A program made the position numbers and the translations under genes. Under the pieces are notes generated by a model. That model was not told where the DNA came from. It saw nothing but the letters and a program-made list of their open reading frames with translations, and ran no database searches. Below are positions 25,075 through 38,595 of a stretch of DNA of 64,000 nucleotides, in pieces; position 1 is the first letter of the stretch, and each line of letters opens with the position of its first letter. The stretch covers positions 34,234,608 through 34,298,607 of the forward strand of contig NC_069004.1 of assembly GCF_001194135.2 (NCBI RefSeq). The letters run 5' to 3'. Origin of the DNA: Octopus bimaculoides. Lineage: Eukaryota.

Positions 25075-25525
25075 TACTCCATATGCAGAGTTTGACCACC
25101 TCCAGTACCCACACCTTAGAACCATCATGGCATCTGACGTGGCTTTTTAAACCAGACGATGTTTTGAAAAGACACCCTCATAGATTGCATATCCGATTTG
25201 GACCACCAAGAGTTACAGATAAATTCTGATCTTTGTGGATCTCAAAATGTCTTTTGAGGCCTCTGTTGGATTTGCAAACCTTCTGGCATACATTGCATTG
25301 AAAGGTGTGCACAGACATATAAGCAGAATGGTTGGTGGAGGTTCGTTTTCCATGGGTTCGCAAATGTGATTTGAGCCCAACTAAAGAAAGGCATGGTCTG
25401 TCACGAACTGTGCACACAAAAGGGTCATTGTGATTCACCTTCTCGATCGAAACATTCTTCCTTGAATCTCTTCTGAGTCTTGCAGGCGGTATCCTGGCCT
25501 CTTCAGACTCAACTCCACACATTGT
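25075..25525 (-). pseudogene. RTE-type LINE ORF2 3' remnant with three tandem C2H2 zinc-finger motifs
   Basis: CGVESEEARIPPARLRRDSRK followed by FVCTVRDRPCLSLVGLKSHLRTH, FQCNVCQKVCKSNRGLKRHFEIH and ICNL*GCLFKTSSGLKSHVRCH. The first finger has a Cys substitution and the third a Cys->TGA change. Flanked by microsatellites. Confidence 0.65.
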
Positions 25526-25537
25526 ATGTGTGTATAC

Positions 25538-25579
<42 letters not shown>

Positions 25580-25596
25580 GTACTTTNNNNNNNNNN

Positions 25597-25676
<80 letters not shown>

Positions 25677-25714
25677 GACTTCTTTCAGTCTCCGTCCACC
25701 AAATCCGCACAAAA

Positions 25715-25835
25715 AGCTTTGTTCAGCCCGGGGTTATAGTAGTAGCCAGTTGTCCTATGTTGCCATGCAACTGGACTGAACCCGGAACCATGCGGGTGGG
25801 AAGTAAGTTACTTACAGCGCAGCTTGCGCCTGCGA
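25715..25835 (-). mobile_element. SINE, second family (partial)
   Basis: Minus strand cttcccacccgcatggttccgggttcagtccag. Confidence 0.65.
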
Positions 25836-26297
25836 TATATATTTTAAATAGACATCATAACACACACACACATATATATATACATATATATATATAAAGT
25901 GTATATCATATATTACGCATATACATGATACCTAAAATATGTAATACAAAAACATATAAATATGTGTATATTGTACTTATACGCAAGCGTACATACACAC
26001 ACACATATATTTATATATACAAGCACATACAATTTTAAATATATGCACAATACATTATATCTAAATTTATATGTGTGTGTGTAATGCATATTGAGATTAA
26101 TATACATTCAAACAGACAAAAAATATAATTTATATATAACGTATCTATTGTGAGATTGCTTTTTTAGAATAAATATTTGTCTACTGTTAGAGTTAACACG
26201 AACATTTTATATAGCATTCGTAAAAGTGCTTTGAAATAATATTACTTTAACGTTTGACACCCAACCACACCCACGCCATATATATTGTACTTTGTAC

Positions 26298-26374
<77 letters not shown>

Positions 26375-26413
26375 TGTNNNNNNNNNNNNNNNNNNNNNNN
26401 NNNNNNNNNNNNN

Positions 26414-26469
<56 letters not shown>

Positions 26470-26633
26470 ATCACATCTACACATTAAAATGTTTAATGTA
26501 TATTGTGCGTTTATATTCATAGCCATCCATTTCATATATAACATATATAAATACTAGATGAGCTGTATGTATATACACACACATATATATATATGTGTGT
26601 ATATTTATATATATACGCACGCACACGCACACG

Positions 26634-26673
<40 letters not shown>

Positions 26674-28017
26674 CACACGAGGGTGCGTGGTTTTGTGTGT
26701 GTGTTTACATATTTCGATAGAGAATCATATTTTGATGGGTGTGATGCAGATGGAAGTATATATTTGTCGTTAGAAATATTTTTGTATTCTTATATGTATG
26801 TATGTATATAATTTTATATACATACACGTAAATACGTCTATACAACGTATGAATACCTACATATAAATTTATACAGATAACGATACATATAAACATACCC
26901 GTATATATGTATATAATTATATGCATACGGAATTTTTAGTATATGTTCCTATACATGTGTGTGTGTGTGTGTGTAGAAAACTTTCTCACATTTGTAACTT
27001 TGCATGGCTTTTGGAGCAAATCAATTCAAACGCTACAAAAGCCTAAGTTTAACGTCAAATCTCATGTTACAGTTAGAAATTTAAAGTGGAGTTATTCATT
27101 GTCGTCGCCCGTCAAAGTGAATTACAGCGTGTGTGTGTGTACACACACACACACACACACACACTATATATCTCTATCTCAGTTTTTCTCTCTCACACAC
27201 ACATATTTGTAGTTACAAAATGAAAGTACTCAATACGTGCAATGGAACTTCCTTTCTAAAAATTTGATTTTTTTCCTCACTGCTTGTGTTTCTTTTATTT
27301 TTATTTTTTTCCTCCTTATTCACACCACCTCAAATGTAGACATTGGAACTATCATTGAGGGTCCGTTTAGTTCGTGTGAAACATTTAGCAATACATATCG
27401 AAGTCACTTTAACTCTACGGATCTGCTGACGTATATACATACATACATACATAGTTGAAGAATCTAGAGTCAAGACAAGGGAGTACGGTTGGTCATTTGT
27501 TTATTATTCGCTACAGTTGTTTGGACACAACGTAGTCCTCCAAGAATACAGTTATTTGATTATGCAACTGTTTGTATGCATAATGAGATCTAGTTGTGTC
27601 TCCTCAGATGATATACAAGTGTTGTCTCCGTTAGTTTAAAATCATCAACTTCAAGGCCTCCCTTTTCCTGACTCCACTTTCTTCAATTTTCTATCCACAT
27701 AAGTCGAAATATATAATAATACTCCCTATACTCCTGAGTTATTCTGAAGGTGGACGAGTTCTATACTGTAATCTAACACTTTCCTAACGGAATATCACAC
27801 ACATACAGAGAATGTTTTAGCATGTGTATGGAGGGTGCTTGAACGTTAGAGATTTTTCGCCATGTGATGGTTGGTTCGCACTGAGAGATGAGCGGCACCT
27901 TGGGCAAATTGTGCCATACTTACTGTTTGAGCATTGCCTTCATGAGTAGAGGCAGGTATACGGTAACTCCATACGACACAGTGCACAGATACAAACTCAC
28001 GCACGGGGGTGTATGTG

Positions 28018-28019
<2 letters not shown>

Positions 28020-28109
<90 letters not shown>

Positions 28110-28236
28110 ATGTGAGACACTACATACACTCTTATACATGCCTCTGTGTGTGCGTGTGCATATATATGTATATATATATATACAAACACACAGATCTGTC
28201 TGTCTACCGCCTGTATATCTACTTGTGTATGTCTGT

Positions 28237-28278
<42 letters not shown>

Positions 28279-28484
28279 CTATATATCTATCTATCTATAT
28301 ATCTATCTATTTATCTATCTATATATCCAGTTCGCTATCTGTCTATCTATCCAGCTAGCCGTTTGTCTGTCTGTCTGTCTATCTCTCTCTCTCTCTCTCT
28401 CTATCTATCTCTCTATATATATATCTATCTATGCCTGTCTATCTATCTATCTATCTATCTATCTATGTGTCTTTCTGTCGATTT

Positions 28485-28529
<45 letters not shown>

Positions 28530-28530
28530 A
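28020..28530. repeat. Compound (AT)n/(TCTA)n/(TC)n/(AC)n microsatellite tract
   Basis: Directly visible; source of the spurious 232-aa ORF. Confidence 0.9.
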
Positions 28531-28997
28531 ATGTCTCTCATTTACTACAAGCTTACACTCTGCTGTGATATCTCGGCATGAGATTTGTTTTATCTATCAT
28601 CAACTACAACTGCCATTGGCTGTACAGATGTTTTCGTCTCGACTAATGATACATGCCTGGTATATACGAAGAGGGGAAAAAAGAAAAGACAATGAGAGAG
28701 AGAGAGAGTAGGTGAGAGAGAGAGGCAAGGATACTGAGGAGGGAAAATGAGAGGCTGAAAGAATGTTTCAATCTTGATATCTGTATTAGTCTATGACTGT
28801 CTCTCTCTCACATAGCGTATTCGCGGAAGTGTGTGTGTGTGTGTGTTCGCGCGCGCGCGTTAGTATGTATAAACGTATGTGTATGTCTGTGCGCCTGTCT
28901 GTTAGGGGTGAAGTATCAAAAAGCCTTTTGGTGCAGAAAATTATATTCTTCCTCCACTCTTTTAAGTAGATGATGTCTTAATTGGCTTTTGCTGGGC

Positions 28998-29040
<43 letters not shown>

Positions 29041-29043
29041 TAA

Positions 29044-29079
<36 letters not shown>

Positions 29080-29402
29080 TTAGTTTTAACCTGGTGTGAA
29101 AATCATTGCTACCTCTTGGCTACAGTACCGTGGATGTAACCGATGGGTGGGATTTTTAGGTCGGGACGCGTATGTGTCTAGGAGATGGGGTTGATGGAAA
29201 TTAGCAAACGGCTGTACTTGTGGATGTTTGGTTGGCATTATGATGGCGTTGGAGGTGTTAGGGGGGAAGTACTGACGGCAGTGGCGCAAGGGGGCGGTAG
29301 ATGATAGTGGATGTAGGCAGCACGGAAGTCACTTTGCAGCAGCCAGAACGAAATAAATCTTGTAAACGCCAGAACAGCAGCAGCAACTGCTGCCACTGCT
29401 GC

Positions 29403-29439
<37 letters not shown>

Positions 29440-30381
29440 GTTAGTAGTAGTAAAAACAACAAGTAGACGGGTGAGGAGAATATATAGAACAAGAAATATA
29501 GCAACAGGATGAACGTTCCCTTTAAGAAGTTTTCTAATCGGTCTCTGAAAAACGAAACATCAACACCTCAAAAACATTGGGAAAAAAAAACCCAGCCTCA
29601 GTACATAAAACAATGCAATCTCCCGCCCCTACTCCTCTCACACCGTGACTCCCCCACCCCGATCACAACTAAAACAAACAATTNNNNNNNNNNNNNNNNN
29701 NNNNNNNNNNNNNNNNNNNNNNNNNNNNNNNNNNNNNNNNNNNNNNNNNNNNNNNNNNNNNNNNNNNNNNNNNNNNNNNNNNNNNNNNNNNNNNNNNNNN
29801 NNNNNNNNNNNNNNNAAAACAAAACAACACTGAAAACGTTGAGGAAACAACTTAAAAGAAATAAAAATAAAATTCAGAAAGAAAATCGCTACGAAATAAT
29901 GGTTGGAAAGAATGATGGGAAAACCTGAAGGTAGAAGACGAAAGGAAGAATAAAGGGACGGAGGGTGTGTGTGTTGAGGAAGAGGTGGTGGTGGTGGTGG
30001 TGGTATATAACTTATTTTCCCCACCCTCGCCGTCCTAATATAAGATTTTTGTTAACGTACAGAGAGTGTGGAATAGTGTGTTAAAAATGTCCCTTTTGTA
30101 AGACTGGAAGAGCTGTGTAAACAAACGAAGATGTATGTTCCTGCTACAGCATGCACGCATATCATGTATGGTTGTGTATGAATGTGTGTGTGTGTGTGTG
30201 TGTTTTGTATGTGTACGTGAGTCCGTAATAAAAAAAATGTGTATATGTCTTATATATGGATGTATAACCTTGTATATGTATAAACCCATACAACACATGA
30301 ATATTTCTAAATATATATATATATATATATATATACATACATTTATATATCTATCTATCTGTATGTCTGTCTATCTGCCTG

Positions 30382-30488
<107 letters not shown>

Positions 30489-31226
30489 ATCTGCATGTAT
30501 ATCAAAATGATTACAACGATCTGAATGGTTAGGTTCTGAAATCGTTCAGGACAAGAAGAAAGAAAACTGTTTTTCTGTGAAAAACATGTTTTTCGCCTTT
30601 CGATTGCTGGTCGCTGTTAGGGTTGGCACAGAGCATCAAACTAACTGCAGTGTCCTCCTCGGCGATTCAAGGCCGTTACGCCAAGAAGATTGTCTTGGTG
30701 CAACAGATGTAATACTGCGAGAGGCTAAAAGAAACGAGGCTTCAGAGGGAAAACGCCGCGGAAAATAAGAACGTACACACACACACATTTATAGATGTGT
30801 GGTGAAGATGTTCGCTTCTTCACCATGTGGTGTCGGGATCAATCCCACAGCACGGCGCCTCTGGAAATTCTATTCTGCTATAACAACCAGGCGAACCAAT
30901 GTCTTGTGAGTGACTGTGAGTTTGGTAGACAAAAAACTATACGAATCCCACGCCAGGTTAACAATATTCATTAGATTAGTAAAGAACTCCGCGTATTATT
31001 GTGGCAGGGTCCGAGGCCACAGTTCACTACCAGTTTATATTGGAAATCCCTGGTTGTGTTCCAGTTAGACTGGTCTTTAAACAGTGATGTACAAAACAAG
31101 ACATAAATAATGGTCATCACATAGTCTTCTTTATCGCAGTAAATTTTATTAGTAATGAACCTATAATGTAAGACAAATTTATTATTTTTCTGTGTGGTGG
31201 TGATTATTATTATTATTATTATGTAA

Positions 31227-31430
31227 GGTGACGAGCTGGCAGAACTGTTAGCACGCTGCTTAGCTGTATTTTGTCTGCCGCTACGTTCTGAGTTCAAATT
31301 CCGCCGAGGTCAACTTTTGCTTTTCACCCTTTCGAGGTCGATAAATCAAGTACCAGTGGAGTACTGAGGTCTATGTGATCGTCTATCCCTCTCCCCACAA
31401 AATCCAGACTTTGTGCCTATAGTACAAGGG
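31227..31430 (+). mobile_element. SINE, dominant family
   Basis: ggtgacgagctggcagaac...gttctgagttcaaattccgccgagg...gtcgataaatcaagtaccag...(ATT)n tail. Confidence 0.85.
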
Positions 31431-31480
<50 letters not shown>

Positions 31481-31692
31481 GGCGGCGAGCTAGCAGAATC
31501 GTTAGCAAGCCGAGCAAAATGCTTAGAAGTATTTCGTCCGTCTTTACGTTTTGAGTTCAAATTACGTCGACGTCAGCTTTGCCTTCCCCCATTTCAGGGT
31601 CAATAAATGAAGTACCAGTGAAACACTGGGGTTGATGTAATCGACTAGTCCCTTCCCCCACAATTTCAGGCCTTGTGCTTATAGTCGAAAGG
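31481..31692 (+). mobile_element. SINE, dominant family (tandem with the previous copy across (ATT)n)
   Basis: ggcggcgagctagcagaatcgttagc...gagttcaaa...gtcaataaatgaagtaccag...ggattatt. Confidence 0.85.
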
Positions 31693-31949
31693 ATTATTAT
31701 TATTAAAGCAGAATCGTTCGCACGATATAAAGGAAAGCAAACGACAACAGAAAGAACAGCATCATTAAAGATAAGACAAAAAAATTAAAAAGAAAAAAAT
31801 CTGCAGCACAAACAACAATAATCCCAAGAAGACCAGCAACAAGAACTAAAACAACACGCAAATGAGAAAAACGTAACAACACTCCTCGCAACGAAATCCA
31901 TTCACCAGCACAGGTTTCCTTATGTAACAATAATCGTCGTCGTCGTTGT

Positions 31950-32329
31950 GGGACTCCGTCGGTTACGACGACGAGGGTTCCAGTTGATCCGATCAACGGA
32001 ACAGCCTGCTTGTGAAATTAACGTGCAAGTGGCTGAGCACTCCACAGACACCTATACCCTTAACGTAGTTCACGGGGAGATTCCGCGTGACACAGTGTGA
32101 CAAGGCTGGCCCTTTTGAAATACAGGTACAACAGAAAGAGGAAGAAAGGGTGAGAGAAAGTTGTGGTGAAAGAGTACAGCAGGGTTCGCCACCACCACCG
32201 CCTGCCGGAGACTCGTGAAACTTTAGGTGTTTTCGCTGAATAAACACTCACAACGCCCGGTCCGGGAATCGAAACTGTGACCCTATGACCGCGAGTCCGC
32301 TGCCCTAACCACTGGGCCATTGCGCCTCC
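31950..32329 (-). mobile_element. Well-preserved ~380-bp tRNA-headed SINE
   Basis: Minus strand begins ggaggcgcaatggcccagtggttagggcagcggactcgcggtcatagg...gtttcgattcccgg (A- and B-box-like), followed by a non-tRNA body and a (GAC/AAC)n-like tail. Confidence 0.85.
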
Positions 32330-33585
32330 ACCACACTCACACTGTATATATGCNNNNNNNNNNNNNNNNNNNNNNNNNNNNNNNNNNNNNNNNNNNNNNN
32401 NNNNNNNNNNNNNNNNNNNNNNNNNNNNNNNNNNNNNNNNNNNNNNNNNNNNNNNNNNNNNNNNNNNNNNNNNNNNNNNNNNNNNNNNNNNNNNNNNNNN
32501 NNNNNNNNNNNNNNNNNNNNNNNNNNNNNNNNNNNNNNNNNNNNNNNNNNNNNNNNNNNNNNNNNNNNNNNNNNNNNNNNNNNNNNNNNNNNNNNNNNNN
32601 NNNNNNNNNNNNNNNNNNNNNNNNNNNNNNNNNNNNNNNNNNNNNNNNNNNNNNNNNNNNNNNNNNNNNNNNNNNNNNNNNNNNNNNNNNNNNNNNNNNN
32701 NNNNNNNNNNNNNNNNNNNNNNNNNNNNNNNNNNNNNNNNNNNNNNNNNNNNNNNNNNNNNNNNNNNNNNNNNNNNNNNNNNNNNNNNNNNNNNNNNNNN
32801 NNNNNNNNNNNNNNNNNNNNNNNNNNNNNNNNNNNNNNNNNNNNNNNNNNNNNNNNNNNNNNNNNNNNNNNNNNNNNNNNNNNNNNNNNNNNNNNNNNNN
32901 NNNNNNNNNNNNNNNNNNNNNNNNNNNNNNNNNNNNNNNNNNATATATATATATTTCACTAGGAAATATACACAAGCACATTGGCATAGACACATACTCA
33001 TAATGTGTGTGTGTGTGTACATATATACGTTTATGTGTGCTCACATATATGTGTATATATGTTAGTATTTATGTATACAGAAAAAAGTATTTTTATTCCA
33101 TTCACTGCACTCCCGCGAACGGAATTATTCTAGGATGTGTGTATGTATGTGTGTGTGTGTGTGTGTGTAGGAAAGGAAGCTAAGAAAAAAGAGAACGTGG
33201 AGCAGAGGAGAAAGTGTTAGAGAAAGAAGAAAAAGAAACACCAAGAAATAGTGAAAGGAGAAAAAAGGTGGGGAAGAGGAGGAAGTCGAAATGGAAGACG
33301 ACGAAGAAGAAAGAGAAGGGAAGACGGGGGTGGGGATGGGGTGGAAGGACGGAGGAAGTGAATGAGAAAGACTGTGAATGAGAAACAGAGGGAGGGAGGC
33401 GTGACAGCTGAAAAAATGATTCTGATTGTAAACGGAATATGGTTTATGGTGTGTTTTAATAATTTTCTGGGAAGAATACGATGCCGTATACACGCATAAC
33501 AAATATACATACATGTGTGTGTGTGTGTGTGGATACAACACCGTTACTCACAAACGCATGCAGATGCACACATGTATGTATATGA

Positions 33586-33639
<54 letters not shown>

Positions 33640-34456
33640 NNNNNNNNNNNNNNNNNNNNNNNNNNNNNNNNNNNNNNNNNNNNNNNNNNNNNNNNNNNNN
33701 NNNNNNNNNNNNNNNNNNNNNNNNNNNNNNNNNNNNNNNNNNNNNNNNNNNNNNNNNNNNNNNNNNNNNNNNNNNNNNNNNNNNNNNNNNNNNNNNNNNN
33801 NNNNNNNNNNNNNNNNNNNNNNNNNNNNNNNNNNNNNNNNNNNNNNNNNNNNNNNNNNNNNNNNNNNNNNNNNNNNNNNNNNNNNNNNNNNNNNNNNNNN
33901 NNNNNNNNNNNNNNNNNNNNNNNNNNNNNNNNNNNNNTGTATATTCGTATATGTGTGTATGTATGTATGTGTATTTACATTTGTATATGTGTGTATGTAG
34001 GCTATACATACTTAGAGATACGCATGACTGGTTGTGTATTCAAACATTGCTTTTTGTTTTATTTTTGTCAATGAAAGTTGAGTGCTCAACAGTCATGTAA
34101 AAAACAAATATTCACAATACAGCCACCTATGTATCATACTTAACGCATAGACACCGTTGACAGACAACATACTTTAGTATTCGTCCAAGATAAAATCCCT
34201 TACAGACGTACTGTTGGTTTGTTTACATCCCCATAACTTTGCAGTTCGGCATATAGAGAAGATTGTATATTCGGCACTTAAAATATATTGCGTTCGATTG
34301 GTGCTAAGAAATTCTTAAAACTGATGCCCAGTATGGCCCCAGTTCACTGACAGAAACAATGTTTTGGTCTCTTTGTGATAAATTACTTGATTTCTTCAGA
34401 ACTCAACTGCAGGTTTATCTGTGCACGGCAGGCCTCATCTACAGGTTTATCTCTCT

Positions 34457-34810
34457 GCCCGAGGTCGACTTAGCTTTCATCCTTTCGAGGTCGATAAAAT
34501 AAATACCATTTGAGCACTGAGGTCGATACAATCGTCTGGTGGTCCCCTTCCCCGAAATTTCAGGCTCCTTGTGCCTACAACAGAAGGGATTTTCTTCTTC
34601 TTCTTCAGGCTACAAGTTGGCAGAATCGCTAGCACGCCGGGCGAAATGCTTAGTGGCATTTCATAACTCTCACGTTCTGAGTTCAAATTCCGCCGTGGTT
34701 GATTTTACCTTTCATCCTTTCGGGGTCAATAAATTAAGTATCAGTTGATAACTAGGGTCGATGTAATCGACTTCCCACCTTTCGAAACTGCTGGGCTTAT
34801 GCCAAAATAT
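34457..34810 (+). mobile_element. Two adjacent SINE copies of the dominant family (one 5'-truncated)
   Basis: cgaggtcgac...gtcgataaaataaatacc...(TTC)n at 34457-34605, then gttggcagaatcgctagcacgccgggcgaaatgc... at 34608-34810. Confidence 0.8.
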
Positions 34811-35089
34811 ACATCCACGCGTCTAGTTTAATTCTGTGTGTGTGTGTATGTATATATATAAAATTCTTCAACAAGAATATTATTGACTGACACTTCAAAG
34901 TTGTGGCGAGTTAAAATCTTCGTTAGATGTGTCGGTTTGAATGGAATGGAATGGTATGGAATGGTAATTAAGTTTTAGGTTAGGATGTGCTAGAGAAGTG
35001 TACTGGAAAAGTTTTTTTGATTTTTTAAATTAAATTTGGGATTATGTTATCGTTTAGAATTTATTCCAAGATTAACTTCAATACAACGT

Positions 35090-35130
35090 AGTTTGACGAT
35101 AGCTTAGATGGCCGAAACTTCGAAGTCACT
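35090..35130 (+). ncRNA. Degenerate minimal type I hammerhead motif
   Basis: Short stem I agt/act, core TTGACGA (C3U), imperfect stem II agct-tagat-ggcc, GAAA, palindromic stem III ACTTCGAAGT, GUC triplet ending at 35127. Confidence 0.5.
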
Positions 35131-36237
35131 TTCAATTTTCTTGTTCAATAATAATAAATTTGTACTCTATACAAGTATAGAGTACCCCTCCAGATTAACG
35201 TAATTTAACGTAAAACATCAATCCATTTCTTCCTTTCTTTCTATGTTTCTTTCTTTCTTTCAAATGGATTTAGAGTAATCCCTGGAGCATCGTGGGAGTT
35301 ACGTTCTAAAACTCCCTGGCGTTAGGTGAAAATCCGCGAAGTAGAAACAATACTATACTGTCTATTTTTTAAAATCATTTTTATAATTTGTATATATTTA
35401 TCTTATTATAAATGCAAAACAACATCACAGAGGAATGTACGTAGCTTAAATAATAAACCACGATAGATGAACCGCGATATGCACAAAGGTTTTACAAAGC
35501 AAAGGTTAGTGACTTCTAAGTCGCGGCTTGTTTGCCATATTCAGAAGTCTGTCGGTGAGAAAATCGCAACTTCCAAGTCGCTATCAATATTTTCCTTATA
35601 ACTTAATATGTAATCTAATTTTAAAAAAAATATAGAATAATACGTCAGTTTAATGGTAACATAAACTAAACATAACCACCCACACTCACAAATTCCACCC
35701 CCACACTCACAAATTCAACCCCCTACACATATATGTTGATATATGTATATATGTGTGAATAAATATATATTTAAATGCGTTTACAATATATAGAGTATAA
35801 ATGTATATAAATATTTTCGTATGTATATAAATATATAAACCTATATGTACATGTATATATATATGTGTGTATGTACGCATAGACATATACATATCAACAT
35901 AAATTTATAAACACATACACACAAACTTGCACAGACTTACACGTATATGCATGCTTTTATCAATACACGTGTGTGTGTGTGTGTGTGTATACACATACAC
36001 AAGCACACACAATATGAGTGTGTGTGTGAGAGTGTGTGTTTGAGCAAATGTGTGTGCATTTGTTGGCGAAGGATTTTCTTATCTTTTATCGTTTAACGAA
36101 GATAAAGATTAAGATGTTTATGATGTTAATAAAAACGGCTACCATGATGGTGATGATGATGATGATAACGATTGAGAAAAAATGGCGGCGGTGATTAATG
36201 ATGATTAAAACAAGATATAGTAATAGATAGCTTCCCG

Positions 36238-36281
<44 letters not shown>

Positions 36282-36429
36282 ACAACGTTCACACACGCAC
36301 TCAAATATTCCCATACTCACACACACATATATTCATTCATTCTAACAAGAACAACAACAACAGCGCTACGAGCCACATCATTTACGATAACAATACGAAC
36401 GCTGAGAAAATGTAGCGTAACGATACAAA

Positions 36430-36740
36430 GATTGTTATCAATACCATCATCATCACCATCATCATCATCACAATCACCAACACTATCATCATCACCACCG
36501 CCATCGTCACACTTATCTTCATCACATTCGCACCATCTTCATCGTCGTCTTCGTACTATTATCGTCACAATCATCACCGAAATTATTCGCATCGTCCTCT
36601 TCATTACAAGAATCTTCATCGTGCATTCTCACACCATCATCTTCATCATCGTCATCATCATCAACCATTTCCTAATCATCACCGTCATCATCATTAACGT
36701 TACCACTCCTCCTCGTCATCCTCTTCAACATCAAACCCCA
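36430..36740. repeat. Degenerate (CAT)n tract
   Basis: catcatcaccatcatc... pattern. Confidence 0.85.
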
Positions 36741-36872
36741 TCAATAAGACCGCCAATGCTATTTCATTGGTTCCCTTCAGGCTAGCAGTTGTAATGATGT
36801 GTAAGTTATTTAATGGACAGATATCACTAGGAAATATACACAAGCACACTGGCATAGAGAAACATACACATA

Positions 36873-36913
<41 letters not shown>

Positions 36914-37415
36914 TCTTTATGAATATAATGCAATCATTATATCCAATGTAATTTGTGTGTGTGTGTACATAATGCATATATACGTTTTAATATATGTATA
37001 ATTTATGTTAATATGTATGGAAAATTTATGTATAGTATTTTTATACGTATCTGAAAAATGTACATAATCAAGCGTGTATATATATATGTGTCTATATATG
37101 TGTGTGTATATATATATATATATNNNNNNNNNNNNNNNNNNNNNNNNNNNNNNNNNNNNNNNNNNNNNNNNNNNNNNNNNNNNNNNNNNNNNNNNNNNNN
37201 NNNNNNNNNNNNNNNNNNNNNNNNNNNNNNNNNNNNNNNNNNNNNNNNNNNNNNNNNNNNNNNNNNNNNNNNNNNNNNNNNNNNNNNNNNNNNNNNNNNN
37301 NNNNNNNNNNNNNNNNNNNNNNNNNNNNNNNNNNNNNNNNNNNNNNNNNNNNNNNNNNNNNNNNNNNNNNNNNNNNNNNNNNNNNNNNNNNNNNNNNNNN
37401 NNNNNNNNNNNNNNN

Positions 37416-37461
<46 letters not shown>

Positions 37462-38545
37462 TATCTCTAATATATGTATGTATGACGTCCTAGGCCATAA
37501 TTTAAATTTTATGTTGCTACGATCAATCAAGCCATCATTCAGCGTTCTGTAATTAAAAAATTTCCTTTGAAGAGAGCTTGGAGACTTCGCCGTTTTATTC
37601 GGCAACACAGATCATGAGCGAAAAACATAAGGAATTGTAAGACCCAGCAGAAACTAAATAATTTAAGGGGAGATCACTGCGTGGGTCGTTGACTAATTAC
37701 GGCTTATAATTGATGAGAGAGCAGCACATTCAATTGCTGTTTGGAGTTTGGGTATGGGTTGATGGTAAAATATCTTTTGTATGGTCCTAGTTACTGAATA
37801 TTGAAGTTTATGCAAGTTATTCGGGTAAATTTGACAATCTTTTATGTCTCCTTTCTTTCAAGAATATTTTGATCTTTTGGCGAACAGTCAGCGGCGTTGG
37901 ACAACAAAAAGATTAAAGTTGTAGCTGAGAAAAACTTACATAGATGTACAAGGAAAACGTTTCTTCTCTTTTGTTGTAGATAACGGTGGCTTTCACCACC
38001 CTCTACTCTCTTCTATCTGTTCTGTCTCGAGAAAGAAAACATGTAACGTTCAAAAGCATATATTTTTAGAACTAAAAGAATGGGTGTTCCGTGTGAACCA
38101 GACCTTAAATGTATTTTCTGTCATCCTGATATACATTTTTAATGAACAGCCTACCCATTCTCCATCCCCTTTTTATAAATTCCTGCTCCATCTAAAGAGC
38201 ATCTACTCCTAGCTCTGAAATTGTTTACGTATTTCATTATTTGTGTAATGTTAATATATTAAAGCTACATATTGTTTACTTCTCTCAACATCCTCAGCTG
38301 GGAAGACTCACCCGTACAAGCGACGTATGTGGTCTGTGTTAGGTCTCGGCACCATTGTTTACTAAAGAAATAGCCTCCCATGGCAGAACAAGAAGCTTTC
38401 CAATTGGCTTAAATATTTCAACCCCAAACGCTAATAAACGTTATAAGGTTTCAGACAAATAACTATACTCTATACGATATGTTGAGTACATTTTCGTTTG
38501 TTTTATAACGCACGCACAGACAAACGCACAAATATNNNNNNNNNN

Positions 38546-38595
<50 letters not shown>

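Noticed and set aside
32250-32329. tRNA-like sequence (A and B boxes)
   Set aside because: It continues directly into a SINE body, so it is a SINE head rather than a tRNA gene. The same applies to 47085-47135 and others.
35680-35721. 21-bp tandem duplication (ccacactcacaaattc), with similar short duplications at 24900-24960 and 63139-63175
   Set aside because: Ordinary slippage duplications; only two units and no spacers, so not CRISPR-like.
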